NCBI GenBank assembly: GCA_964615235.1
Contig: CAZTMK010000010.1
Coordinates: 2,118 to 66,117 of the forward strand
Reading direction: 5' to 3'
DNA: 64,000 nt
From: an uncultured Thermoplasmatales archaeon
GTDB taxonomy: Archaea > Thermoplasmatota > E2 > DHVEG-1
Within the stretch, counting starts at the first letter, position 1; each line of letters opens with the position of its first letter. This document shows, one piece after another, positions 37,557 to 47,503 of the stretch. The notes under the pieces are model-generated. The model was not told the DNA's origin, did no database searches, and was given only the letters and a program-made list of their open reading frames with translations. The translations under genes and the position numbers were made by a program.

Positions 37557-38030
37557 TTGGAAGAGGGATCTATGACCGACAATTCAAATATAGCAATAAA
37601 GCTTGAATTATGTAAAGATAAATTTACTAATAATTTGTCTATTGTGACCCATTTTGACCCAAACGCACCCAATTTTTACAATGAAAATGGAAAGTTTTTT
37701 TGGGTTCCAACGCCAGATGAGGTAGCATTTCTTAAGGAGGCTACCGATCTGCTAGATTCGTGGAGGCGTAGGCAACCGCTTGAACAACCTATGAATCGTT
37801 ATAACCAACCTCAACAGCCTGAAAAGACCCCTTTCCAACCGAGACCGCCAGACAATTTCAGACCAGTACCGCCGCCAACAAACCAAATGGATGCTCAAAA
37901 TATAAGTCAAGCAGACCCAAATACGTCTTCAATCGATAACACATTTGAAAAACACTTGGAACGGGAAAGATCATATGCAGATGATAACGAGCAGAGGGTC
38001 CAAAGAATAGTAGAAAAGAAATTACATTAA
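37557..38030 (+). CDS. Hypothetical protein with a Pro/Gln-rich linker
   Basis: 157-aa ORF (probable ATG at 37572). QPQQPEKTPFQPRPPDNFRPVPPPTNQ. Confidence 0.45.
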   Translation: MEEGSMTDNSNIAIKLELCKDKFTNNLSIVTHFDPNAPNFYNENGKFFWVPTPDEVAFLKEATDLLDSWRRRQPLEQPMNRYNQPQQPEKTPFQPRPPDNFRPVPPPTNQMDAQNISQADPNTSSIDNTFEKHLERERSYADDNEQRVQRIVEKKLH

Positions 38031-38055
38031 GCCTATTGAATTTATTTATTGTTGA

Positions 38056-38457
38056 TTATTTTTTTTCTTTTATTTCGAATAAATTACCAGAAAAATCTTT
38101 AACAAAAACAAGTGATTTTTCCCCTTTCGGAACAATAATTGGCTCAATTCCATTATTTTTACAACGTGAAATAAACCCTTCCATTTCATCAACTTCGATG
38201 CAAACATGATCGTAATTTTTGGAATGTGGTCTTTTTGTAATAAATACTTCAAAACATGCATTTCCGTCATCAAAAGTAATTATTTCACAAGCATCACCTA
38301 CTCCAAAAATTGATTTTGAAAGTTCACTAGAAATTTCAAATTCCCTTGTTAATGGCATGCCCAAAATTTCTGTAAAAAAATTTTCTGCCTTTTCTCTATC
38401 TTCACACTCAAGAGCTATATGTTTTATCATCATAGCAAACACCAATTTAGTATCCAA
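38056..38457 (-). CDS. VOC family protein (glyoxalase / bleomycin-resistance / dioxygenase fold)
   Basis: IKHIALECEDREKAENFFTEILGM ... DHVCIEVDEMEGFISRCKNNGIE ... VKDFSGNLFEI. Confidence 0.7.
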   Translation of the reverse strand: MDTKLVFAMMIKHIALECEDREKAENFFTEILGMPLTREFEISSELSKSIFGVGDACEIITFDDGNACFEVFITKRPHSKNYDHVCIEVDEMEGFISRCKNNGIEPIIVPKGEKSLVFVKDFSGNLFEIKEKK

Positions 38458-38502
38458 TACTCTTAATTTTGGAAATTAAAATAAATGGGTAGATTAGATT
38501 TT

Positions 38503-39741
38503 TTATATTATATCGAGTTTTTTACCTAAAGTTTCAAACTTGTCGATAGCAAAATCCAAATCTTTCTTTTTAAGTCCAGCATTCATCATTGTTCTAATAC
38601 GTGCCTTATCTCTAGCAACCATTGGAAATACTATTGGAAGTGCAAAAACACCTTCTTCATACAGCTTGCTACTTAGTTCCTTTGCCTTGCTTGATTCTCC
38701 AACAATTACTGGTGTAATTGGTGTTTCGCTATGGCCAGTATCAAATCCCATCGAGTTAAGTTGCTTTTTGAAATATTTCGTATTATCCCAAAGATTTTTG
38801 ACATGTTCTGGTTCATTTTCAAGAACATCAATAGCTGCAAGTTGTGCTCCTGCAACTGCTGGAGGGTGTGAACCGCTAAGCAACCAAGTACGTGATTTAT
38901 TATAAGCAAAATTTACCAAATCCCTACTTCCCGCAATAAGTCCTCCAACAACCCCGTAGGCTTTACTAAATGTTCCCATTTCGACGTCAATTTTTCCTTC
39001 GATTCCAAAGTGGGCACCAATTCCTCGACCATCGGGCCCTATAACACCTTCACCATGAGCGTCATCAACATAAGTCATTGCTCCAAATCCTTGTGCAATG
39101 TCGACGATTTTATCCATTGGTGCTATGTCACCGTCCATACTAAAGACACCGTCGGTTATGATAAGAATTCGTCTGTATTTCTTGTCTGCATCTTTAAGGA
39201 CTTTCTCCAGATCACCAAGATCACGGTGTTTATATACAGCACGATCTGCCTTTGTAAGTCTGACTCCATCTATTATGCTTCCATGATTTAACTCATCACT
39301 AATAATTATGTCACCTTTACCAGCTAGCTGAGGGATAAGTCCAGAATTTGCTGCAAACCCTGTCTGATATATCAAAGAAGCTTCGGTGCCCTTGAACTTT
39401 GCAAGTCTCTTTTCTACCTCCATGTGAAGTTTCATAGTTCCCGCAATAGCCCTAACAGAACCAGACCCTGCCCCAAATTTTTTCGCAGCTTCTATTGCTC
39501 CTTTTATAAGTTTTGGATGATTGCTTAAATTAAGATAATTGTTTGAACACAGCATTAAGACCTCTTTTCCATCAACAACTGAATGTGGTTGGGATCCGGT
39601 TTCAAGAATACGCAATTTCCAGTCAAAATTGTTCTTTACAAGTTCATCATATTCATCCTTGAGAAATGAAGTTGGATTTCTTTTCATAATTTTTTTTCTC
39701 CCCTGTTTAATTATGTTATTTAGCGGGATTCTGGGAAACAT
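38503..39741 (-). CDS. Alpha-oxoamine synthase family: 2-amino-3-ketobutyrate CoA ligase (Kbl) / 8-amino-7-oxononanoate synthase (BioF)
   Basis: NNYLNLSNHP, DELNHGSIIDGVRL, DDAHGEGVIG, PLP-lysine GTFSKAYGVVGG. Probable start at 39687 (MKRNPTS). Confidence 0.85.
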   Translation of the reverse strand: MFPRIPLNNIIKQGRKKIMKRNPTSFLKDEYDELVKNNFDWKLRILETGSQPHSVVDGKEVLMLCSNNYLNLSNHPKLIKGAIEAAKKFGAGSGSVRAIAGTMKLHMEVEKRLAKFKGTEASLIYQTGFAANSGLIPQLAGKGDIIISDELNHGSIIDGVRLTKADRAVYKHRDLGDLEKVLKDADKKYRRILIITDGVFSMDGDIAPMDKIVDIAQGFGAMTYVDDAHGEGVIGPDGRGIGAHFGIEGKIDVEMGTFSKAYGVVGGLIAGSRDLVNFAYNKSRTWLLSGSHPPAVAGAQLAAIDVLENEPEHVKNLWDNTKYFKKQLNSMGFDTGHSETPITPVIVGESSKAKELSSKLYEEGVFALPIVFPMVARDKARIRTMMNAGLKKKDLDFAIDKFETLGKKLDII

Positions 39742-39809
39742 TAATCCATATTAAAAGTTGTTGGTTACCGTTATCTTAAAAGGAAAAAAATTCAAATTTT
39801 TAAAAATAT

Positions 39810-40943
39810 TTAACCGTCTTGAATTTTAACTACTCTACTCAATCTGTATCCGATAACAACCATCATGTATTCTTTTTTTACAAAAAGCTGATCTAATTCT
39901 TTATCTCCAGTATCCACTCTAATAATCGGAGTTGATAACAGTTTAGATGGAGTTGAAATAACTATAATATTTTCAATTCCAATTTTTTTAATCACTTCAG
40001 GACTCAATTGAAGATTTCCTCTTCCAAGAATAAAACCCTGTGCACCAATTGGACTTAAAACAAGTTTTACTTTTTTATAATCTTTTAATAAATCTAAGAT
40101 GCCATGTTCATTTAGATCTGCTGCAATAGTTTTTTTATTAAAAACAGCATCGATTCCAAGAAGGCTATTTTTAATATTTATTTTATCGGCAATATACTCA
40201 ATTGTTCCGCCTGATCCTAACAAAAAAAGATAATCTTTTAATCTTTCCATTTCATCGGAAATATACTCCGAAAGTTCGTCTTTTATTTCATTGTCTGAAA
40301 TTGATTCAAAAGTTTCCTTTCCTACCTGAACGTAGGTTGGTTCTACAATACCCTTGGCAATTCCAAAAAGTTTAATATTCCATTCTCCACGCCGATAACG
40401 ATCCTCGTCAAGATCCATTATTTCGGCATCACCAATTGTCAATCTATCATTTACAAACTCATGAAGCATTTTTGCAGTAGCACTGGCATTGATTCCAAAA
40501 ACTCCAGAGTGCATTTTTACGCCAGCGGGTATCCCAAGTATTGGAACTGAGTTACCGATAACTTCGAAAATATTTCTTGCAGTACCATCACCACCGCAAA
40601 AAAGTATCAAATCTGCCTTTTTTTCTGATATGATCTTACAAGCTTTTTTTGTATCTTCAAAAGTGGTATTTTTTTCTGATGATTCATAGATAACTTCAAT
40701 ATCTTTTCCACCAGCCTTATTGAGTTCATTAAAACCCATCTCTCCAGAGCAGGTAAACCATTTGATATCGTTTGCTGAATGTTTAGAAAAAAATTCTTTT
40801 AAAGATTCCTCAGCTTTTTTTGGTGCTTCTGGAGTTGCGCCAAGTTTTATAGCTTGAGTAACTACCCCGTCTGTTCCTTTCAATCCTACCTTTCCACCCA
40901 TACCTGCAATAGGATTTACCAAAAACCCAATTTTTTTAACCAT
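39810..40943 (-). CDS. ATP-NAD kinase-like family protein (AcoX-like)
   Basis: IGFLVNPIAGMGGKVGLKGTDG, LILFCGGDGTARN, IPAGVKMHSGVFG. Confidence 0.65.
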   Translation of the reverse strand: MVKKIGFLVNPIAGMGGKVGLKGTDGVVTQAIKLGATPEAPKKAEESLKEFFSKHSANDIKWFTCSGEMGFNELNKAGGKDIEVIYESSEKNTTFEDTKKACKIISEKKADLILFCGGDGTARNIFEVIGNSVPILGIPAGVKMHSGVFGINASATAKMLHEFVNDRLTIGDAEIMDLDEDRYRRGEWNIKLFGIAKGIVEPTYVQVGKETFESISDNEIKDELSEYISDEMERLKDYLFLLGSGGTIEYIADKINIKNSLLGIDAVFNKKTIAADLNEHGILDLLKDYKKVKLVLSPIGAQGFILGRGNLQLSPEVIKKIGIENIIVISTPSKLLSTPIIRVDTGDKELDQLFVKKEYMMVVIGYRLSRVVKIQDG

Positions 40944-41055
40944 ATTTAGGAAGCAGAAATGAAATTTTTAGTATTTAAATAGAAGGATTTCTCTAAATTT
41001 AAAATTAAAAAATGAAGAAGATTTGTTTAATTTGAGCTGAAAAGTTTGAAATTAA

Positions 41056-41241
41056 TCAGGCTTTTTTAAGATAAGGTAGTCCTGTTCTCTTATTGACTCC
41101 AACTTTATATCCAGCTGGTTTATCACAGGGTTTACCACTCTTTGGTTTTCTCTTACTAAAGAAGTATATTGTTTGTTTCCTTCCACCTTTAAGCTCTACT
41201 TCTCTTGAATAAAGGGTCCATCCTTCATGTGTATATGCCAT
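41056..41241 (-). CDS. Small basic conserved-looking protein (61 aa), function unknown
   Basis: MAYTHEGWTLYSREVELKGGRKQTIYFFSKRKP...GYKVGVNKRTGLPYLKKA. Confidence 0.45.
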   Translation of the reverse strand: MAYTHEGWTLYSREVELKGGRKQTIYFFSKRKPKSGKPCDKPAGYKVGVNKRTGLPYLKKA

Positions 41242-41350
41242 AACACCTTCACCTGTAGAAGAGATAATTGTTATGACATTTAAGTTTTTCCTTATTTTAA
41301 GTTAAATATTATCTATAAAAGTAACATCTTCACACAAAATATGTAAAAAT

Positions 41351-42301
41351 CTAGTCGCGTATTCCTCTTTCAGAAACCGTAAAAACCGCTTCGCCCTCAG
41401 GTAAATGAGGTGAATCGATTAAGCGGGCAATACGTTTTGGGCCTTTGCTTTTTCTAAGATAAATCCTAAAAGTAGCCGTATGGCCAACAATGTGTCCTCC
41501 AATAGGTCTCGTGGGATCTCCAAAAAAGGCATCAGGTTTAGCTGCAACCTGATTTGTTACACATACCACGCCATTAAATAAGTCGCTCCAACGTAATAGG
41601 TCATGCATATGTTTGTTTAGTTTTTGTTGTCTATCCGCAAGTGCCCCACGTCCTACATATTCTGCACGAAAATGTGCCGTTAGCGAATCAACTATCAATA
41701 GTTGAGCTGGAATTTCCTGGGACAATTCTTTCACCTTTTCTACCAAAAGCATCTGGTGACTTGAATTATAAGCTCTAGCAACGTGGATTTTTTCCAATGT
41801 TTCGTCAGGATCCAACTCATACGCCTCAGCCATCTGAATTATGCGTTCAGGTCTGAAAGTGTTTTCAGTATCAATAAAAAATGCATGGCTGTTTAGTCCA
41901 CCTTGATCAATAGGTAATTGTATTGATACACACAATTGATGAGCAATTTGGGTTTTCGCTGATCCAAATTCACCAAAGAGTTCTGTAATAGATTGGGTTT
42001 CAAATCCTCCGCCTAAAAGTTCATCAAGCGTTTTTGAACCCGATGTCAAATGACCAACCTTCGATCTTTTTTCCATCAGAGTGGCACCGGTTTCAAATTG
42101 ACCTACATCGGCCATTTTCCGGGCATTCTGAATAATCTTTGATGCAGTAGATTCTCCAATTTCTGCTGCTTCTGACAACTCTTTTGGGGATGCAACAGCA
42201 ATACTCATTACATCTGTATATCCTGATTCCTTAAGTTTATCAGCAGTTGCAGGTCCTACGCCTGGCAATGCACTAATGTCTTCATTTTTGTCATCAGCCA
42301 T
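41351..42301 (-). CDS. radA: DNA repair and recombination protein RadA
   Basis: N-terminal Hh[18 protein letters not shown], Walker [15 protein letters not shown], Walker [13 protein letters not shown]; 316 aa. Confidence 0.95.
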   Translation of the reverse strand: MADDKNEDISALPGVGPATADKLKESGYTDVMSIAVASPKELSEAAEIGESTASKIIQNARKMADVGQFETGATLMEKRSKVGHLTSGSKTLDELLGGGFETQSITELFGEFGSAKTQIAHQLCVSIQLPIDQGGLNSHAFFIDTENTFRPERIIQMAEAYELDPDETLEKIHVARAYNSSHQMLLVEKVKELSQEIPAQLLIVDSLTAHFRAEYVGRGALADRQQKLNKHMHDLLRWSDLFNGVVCVTNQVAAKPDAFFGDPTRPIGGHIVGHTATFRIYLRKSKGPKRIARLIDSPHLPEGEAVFTVSERGIRD

Positions 42302-42385
42302 TTAAAATCACAACAAAGTCAGTAACAAATCCTCATTATAAAAGAATGTGGGAGAGTAAGCTTAAACTATTAAAAATATGATGGG

Positions 42386-42967
42386 ATGTACCTATGCAAA
42401 ATGAATCAAGACTATTACCCGTGGGGTGGTGAATTCACAGTTTGTTCTAATCAAGGATGTATCGCAGTAGTCCTTCTTAACATCGATTATTCGCCACCCA
42501 GTTCAGTTGCAATTTACGGAAAACTAAAAACAGAAAATATTGGAATCGAAAAAATCGTTGCTAACACAATTTCAAATCCTAACATTAGATACATTATTGT
42601 CTGTGGTGATGACATTAGAGGCCACAGGTCCGGCTCATCACTTATTGCATTACATAGAAATGGAATTGATGACCAACATCGAATAATTGATGCACCTGGG
42701 GCCATTCCATATATAGAAAATCTTGATCAAACTGCTATTAATAGATTTCAAAACCAAATTGAAACAATCGATTTAATCGGGATAAATGAAAAAGAAGATA
42801 TTGATAAAAAAATAAATGAGTTAAATGCTCTTAGCCCTCCATCTTTTGGAGAACCATATATTGCCATAAAAATAGCCCCTCAGGCAACAGTCAATATTGA
42901 GGATAAGCGTGCATTACACTCTAAAATAGTATTAAGTTATCTTGGAAAGGTTGAGAAAAGAAGGTAG
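42386..42967 (+). CDS. MtrA-like corrinoid-binding protein, soluble form (no C-terminal TM helix)
   Basis: YPWGGEF..., NIRYIIVCGDDIRGHRSGSSLIALHRNGID resembles the MtrA core, including the GH segment. The ORF ends at 193 aa with no hydrophobic tail. Probable start at 42401. Confidence 0.65.
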   Translation: MYLCKMNQDYYPWGGEFTVCSNQGCIAVVLLNIDYSPPSSVAIYGKLKTENIGIEKIVANTISNPNIRYIIVCGDDIRGHRSGSSLIALHRNGIDDQHRIIDAPGAIPYIENLDQTAINRFQNQIETIDLIGINEKEDIDKKINELNALSPPSFGEPYIAIKIAPQATVNIEDKRALHSKIVLSYLGKVEKRR

Positions 42968-43097
42968 AGTAAGTATTTATATGAAAAAAACTCGATCAAA
43001 ACATTATATTTTTTTAATTATTTTAGAATGATTTGGGAATTTGGGAGCTAACATCTACTGCATGTGGTTCTTTGAATCTACCAAAGTTTATGCTTGA

Positions 43098-45179
43098 TTA
43101 GGGGGGAGTTTCCCATTCCCATTCGATGACAAGTCTGGGTGAGAACTCATAAATATCATTATTCAAAGAAGTTGTTACCAATCCTATACCAAAGAAATCA
43201 GGATCATTATCATCAAATGCATCTTGAAAGTCGGATACTGCATCTGGTCCAAGATCCCATTCAATTTCTGAACGTTCTCCTGATAGAATAGAGAGAGGAC
43301 CCGTGTATAAAGTGCCATCACCACAGTCATTGAAAATTTCTTCATCTGTTGCAGTAAGTACGTTGTTATCCATTTTATAAATATAGATATCAGTAGAGGT
43401 CCCAGTATAATGATTTAATCTTAGACTGACTTTTGTAATTTCAATATTATCAAAATTATTTTGACCAAAGGCCTGTGCAATATCCAAAATTCCCCATTGA
43501 GCATAGCCCCGATATTCATAACTACTTGATTTCTTACAATATAAATAACCATATGGGCGGTTTGAAGGAGTTGTATATCTGTAAACATGCCCTGACCAGT
43601 CATCTCCAAATGCAATACCTTCTCCAGGAGTTGTTGGAGTTAGCTCTTCATTATATTCAACTGTAACCTCAAGTCTTATATCTGTCCATCTTAGATAACC
43701 ATATGAGTATCCATCTACAATACTATCAACATACATACCAACTCCAAAAATGTAATAATCAGCAGGCGTGCCAATTAATGCATTATTGATAGCATCAATT
43801 CCTGCATCGTTTAATGGAATCTCGATGGTATGATATGAAGTATCAACTGCATCTGCTGCAGAAAATTCTCCGATTTGTGTACCAGTTGGACCTGATTCGT
43901 CATAAACAGCCATAGATGTTGGACTCGGAGCATTATGATATGGTGTAGTATAAAGAGCAGTGAATTTTACAGTATCTATATAGTAACGATAATAATTATG
44001 AATAACAAGTTTTGCATTAGTTACAACTGCTCCATCCCATTTTACAATATCTTCAAGGTCAAACACAGCATATCCGTGATAATCAGAAGAACCAGATTTA
44101 TATAAATATGAATAGTAATATGAGTAACAGTAATAATTCGAAGCTGATTCCCGGGTGTATCCAAGGGCTTGCCCATCATATTCAGGATTATCTGCACCTA
44201 TCTTTAAACTATGACTCTGGGGATGGTTTATGAAAACACTAGCAGTAGAAGTTCCCCCTTTTCCATCGCTAATTGTATAATCAAACTCATCTTCTCCTCC
44301 GTAACCATCTTCAGGAGTGTAATAAACATAGTCTCCATCAGTTGAGGCATATCCATGATCTGGTCCTGTAACAGTATCAATTGTCAATGTATCCCCATCA
44401 GGATCAAAATCATTATCTAATACATCAATAAGGTTATTAGAAGAACCCGATTCAATAGAAACATAATCGTCATTTGCAATGGGGGGATTATTAGATGGCC
44501 CTTCTTCACATTCCTCATTCCACTGAATGACATCTATATCAAAACTGAATCTACCATTTTTTTCCTGTAATGTGTTTTGTTGTGGTAGATTTATAGTTAC
44601 CTCAAAACCAACATAGTAACAGTTATGAACCTGGTACGGCCAATCGGTTATCTCTTCACCTTTATCCCATTCATCATTAACGATAGAATATTTGTATGCC
44701 TTGATAGTAGTATAGTCTAAGAAATATTCGTCACCTTCAAGCCAAACAATTTCAGGCCAATACATTTTTGCAGGAATGCTACCTTCATAGTGAACTATTA
44801 TGTCCGCAATGAAATTAATACACGGAAAAATATTGAACCATTCCATATCAACATCAAAAGTATCTCCTTCTGAAGCCCAAGCGGATGCAATAAATTCAAC
44901 ATTACAACCAGGATAATCTGCCTCGATATCGGCTTGGTTTGGACGGTCATCTTCGAAACCACGCCAAATATAAATTTCACCATCTGGGGTTTCATCTGGA
45001 CATCCCCATATTTTCCACACATCAGTACCCGAATAGTCTTCAACGTCAATTTCCACATACGCAGTAGATACATTACCATGAACTTGTATTAAATCTACAA
45101 AACCGGCGTAGCTTATCCCAATACCTGCAAGAGCAAGTATTGAAACTAAAAATATAATTGTGATTTTATTTGTATTCAA
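43098..45179 (-). CDS. Secreted protein with a cadherin-like/VCBS-type domain and a TasA/SipW-type N-terminal signal
   Basis: N-terminus ...LALAGIGISYAGFVDLIQVHGNVS (Y-A-x-F-x-D pattern). NPPIANDDYVSIESGSSNNLIDVLDNDFDPDGDTLTIDTV...YTISDGKGGTSTASVFI. Confidence 0.55.
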   Translation of the reverse strand: MNTNKITIIFLVSILALAGIGISYAGFVDLIQVHGNVSTAYVEIDVEDYSGTDVWKIWGCPDETPDGEIYIWRGFEDDRPNQADIEADYPGCNVEFIASAWASEGDTFDVDMEWFNIFPCINFIADIIVHYEGSIPAKMYWPEIVWLEGDEYFLDYTTIKAYKYSIVNDEWDKGEEITDWPYQVHNCYYVGFEVTINLPQQNTLQEKNGRFSFDIDVIQWNEECEEGPSNNPPIANDDYVSIESGSSNNLIDVLDNDFDPDGDTLTIDTVTGPDHGYASTDGDYVYYTPEDGYGGEDEFDYTISDGKGGTSTASVFINHPQSHSLKIGADNPEYDGQALGYTRESASNYYCYSYYYSYLYKSGSSDYHGYAVFDLEDIVKWDGAVVTNAKLVIHNYYRYYIDTVKFTALYTTPYHNAPSPTSMAVYDESGPTGTQIGEFSAADAVDTSYHTIEIPLNDAGIDAINNALIGTPADYYIFGVGMYVDSIVDGYSYGYLRWTDIRLEVTVEYNEELTPTTPGEGIAFGDDWSGHVYRYTTPSNRPYGYLYCKKSSSYEYRGYAQWGILDIAQAFGQNNFDNIEITKVSLRLNHYTGTSTDIYIYKMDNNVLTATDEEIFNDCGDGTLYTGPLSILSGERSEIEWDLGPDAVSDFQDAFDDNDPDFFGIGLVTTSLNNDIYEFSPRLVIEWEWETPP

Positions 45180-45388
45180 CTAGTTCTCCCCCTTATTAAA
45201 ATGTTTCAGGTTAGGTATAAGATAAGCTTATATAAAATTTGCTAAATATAATTTAAAAAAATAATTTTAAAAGTTAATAGTCAAAATCATGAATTAATTA
45301 AATAATCAATGTTAATTTTTGGAATAACTACATTAAAATATTTACAAACTTATTAGCTTGCTAAAAATAAAAAAACATAAGTGAAAAA

Positions 45389-46291
45389 ATGTTTTCATTT
45401 ACACAAAAACAAGAAGTTTTCAACATTTCTGGGGTAAATATTGGAGGACAACCAGGCGAAAATCCTACAGTTCTTTTCGGAGGATTATTTTTCAAGGGCG
45501 AACCGGATTTTTCAAAAGCCGAAAAAGATTTAAAAATAATGTTTGAACAAAGCCAAAAAACCGGAAATCCAGGTATTCCAGATTTTTTTATAAGAAAGGA
45601 AGAGTATGCTGAAAATATAATAAATTTTATTGAAACCTCACTTCCAAAAAATTATCCTTTTTCCGTTGATGTCCAAGACCCAGAGATAAAGCTAAAAGTC
45701 ATTTCCCTTCTAGGAAATAGAAATCTGCTTCCCCGGGTTATTTATAATTCAATTCATATAGGTATAACTGAGCAGGAAAGAGAAGCTCTAAAGAGTCACA
45801 CACCAGAAATGGCAATTTTAGTTGCATTCAATCCAAAGGATAAATCTCCAGATGGTAAAATTGAAGTGCTTGAAAATGGAGCAAATCTTCTAGATGTGGG
45901 GTTACTTCAACTTGCTAAAGAAATGGGTATAAAAAAAATCTTAGTTGATACAGCAGCACTTGCACCTGGCGACAATAGTGGTGCTGCCATTGCTTCAATA
46001 CCAGTAGTAAAGGAAGAGTATGGATTTCCATCGGGATGCGCGATACACAATGTTGTAGAAAAATCAAAATGGCTTGATTCTTTTAATAATTCCAGAAAAA
46101 TTGTTGATGCCTCCTCAAATATTAACATCTCTTTATTTGGTGGGGATTTCGCAATATTTGGACCAATTGAACAAGCAAAAGAGGTTTTCCCAATAATGGC
46201 ATGGCAGGACATTCTTATTTCAGAGTATACCGAAAACTATTTTGGAATATCGCCAACAGAATCCCATCCGAGGAGGAAATTATTAGGATGA
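45389..46291 (+). CDS. MtrH-like methyl-tetrahydromethanopterin:corrinoid methyltransferase (pterin-binding)
   Basis: FTQKQEVFNISGVNIGGQPGENPTVLFGGLFFKGE matches the MtrH N-terminus. Its stop overlaps the next start (ATGA at 46288-46291). Confidence 0.75.
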   Translation: MFSFTQKQEVFNISGVNIGGQPGENPTVLFGGLFFKGEPDFSKAEKDLKIMFEQSQKTGNPGIPDFFIRKEEYAENIINFIETSLPKNYPFSVDVQDPEIKLKVISLLGNRNLLPRVIYNSIHIGITEQEREALKSHTPEMAILVAFNPKDKSPDGKIEVLENGANLLDVGLLQLAKEMGIKKILVDTAALAPGDNSGAAIASIPVVKEEYGFPSGCAIHNVVEKSKWLDSFNNSRKIVDASSNINISLFGGDFAIFGPIEQAKEVFPIMAWQDILISEYTENYFGISPTESHPRRKLLG

Positions 46292-47184
46292 ATCATAAAA
46301 TAGAAACAAGTGTAATTGGTTCTTACCCAATCAAAATCGATACCTCTAATTTTATGAACAATTATTTTTCAAATAAAGAAATTTTATGGAATTCCTACAT
46401 AAATGAAGCAGTATCGGACATGAATAAAGCAGGGATTTCAATGGTATCAGACGGGCAAACAAGAGATCCATTTGTTCAAATCTTTACCCGTAAACTAAAA
46501 GGATGTCGAATAAGGGCAAGAACTGAGGTTGTAAATAAAATCGAATATGAAAAACCCATAACTGCTGATGATCAAAAATACGTAAAAAGTATTCTTCCAG
46601 ATAACGTTGGTCTGATCGGAGTAATTACTGGCCCGTTTACTCTTGCCAAATCATGTATCGATTTGTTTTACGGAAATGAAAAAGATATGGCATTTGATTT
46701 TGCAAAAGCTCTCAGCTGCGAAGCTGAAAATCTACAACGTTATGTGGATATAATTAGCATAGACGAACCTTTTTTTTCGAATGAAATGCCTGAATATGGA
46801 AAAGATTTGATTGAGATAATCACAAAAAAATTGACCTGTAAAACAAGATTACATGCTTGTGGTGATGTATCTAAAATAATTCCAGAGTTACTTGAATTGC
46901 CAGTAGATATTTTGTCTCACGAATTCAAGGCATCAGCTAATTTATTCGACGATTTTTCAAAATATAACATTACTAAAAATATTTGTCTAGGTTCGGTTAG
47001 ATCAGATGATTCCAGAATAGAGACAGTTGACGAAATAATTGCCCATGTAAAAAGAGGCTTTGAAGTATTTGGAGATAAAATCGTTCAAATAGCTCCGGAT
47101 TGCGGTCAGCGAATGCTGCCCAGATCAGTTGCATTTCAAAAATTAAAAAATCTAGCAATTGCAGGTGAGAAAATAGATGGCTGA
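46288..47184 (+). CDS. Short (core) MetE-like methyltransferase: cobalamin-independent methionine synthase C-terminal-domain family
   Basis: TSVIGSYPIK, zinc-ligand contexts RLHACGDV and IAPDCGQRMLP. RBS GAGGAGG at 46270-46276. The listed ORF start 46201 is an in-frame extension overlapping the mtrH-like gene. Confidence 0.7.
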   Translation: MNHKIETSVIGSYPIKIDTSNFMNNYFSNKEILWNSYINEAVSDMNKAGISMVSDGQTRDPFVQIFTRKLKGCRIRARTEVVNKIEYEKPITADDQKYVKSILPDNVGLIGVITGPFTLAKSCIDLFYGNEKDMAFDFAKALSCEAENLQRYVDIISIDEPFFSNEMPEYGKDLIEIITKKLTCKTRLHACGDVSKIIPELLELPVDILSHEFKASANLFDDFSKYNITKNICLGSVRSDDSRIETVDEIIAHVKRGFEVFGDKIVQIAPDCGQRMLPRSVAFQKLKNLAIAGEKIDG

Positions 47185-47503
47185 TAAAGAAGTTCCTCTT
47201 ATAAAGGCTGTAAAAAAGCCACAAAAAGATGTAGAATTAGACCCCAGGGGTTTTTTGGTAATAGAAATCAGACAAGGAGAAATCTTTGTGGAATACTATG
47301 AGAATGTTTACAAAAATGGAAAAATCGTTTCGGGTACAATTCAAAAGGTATTTTCTGGAAACAAAGCCGATGCTTTGTCTGATACAATTGCTGCACATAT
47401 CACAGATCTTCTTCCCGAGCATTATCTGTATCTTGGAAGAGAGTTGCAAAAAGCACAAGAATGTTTAGAAAAAAATACAAAGTATGTTCAAGGTGGATGT
47501 TGA
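47177..47503 (+). CDS. Small protein resembling DUF4346
   Basis: DPRGFLVIEI...IFVEYYEN...GNKADALSDTIAAH...EHYLYLGRELQKAQECL fits my recollection of the DUF4346 pattern (D-x-x-G-F...H-A-x-Y-L-G-x-E-L). 8-nt overlap with the metE-like stop. Confidence 0.4.
   Translation: MADKEVPLIKAVKKPQKDVELDPRGFLVIEIRQGEIFVEYYENVYKNGKIVSGTIQKVFSGNKADALSDTIAAHITDLLPEHYLYLGRELQKAQECLEKNTKYVQGGC

Noticed and set aside
46201-46287. N-terminal 29-codon extension of the metE-like ORF as listed in the track
   Set aside because: It overlaps the 3' end of the mtrH-like gene. The ATG at 46288 has a GAGGAGG RBS and forms an ATGA stop/start overlap, and the protein family begins at about MNHKIETSVIGSYP.
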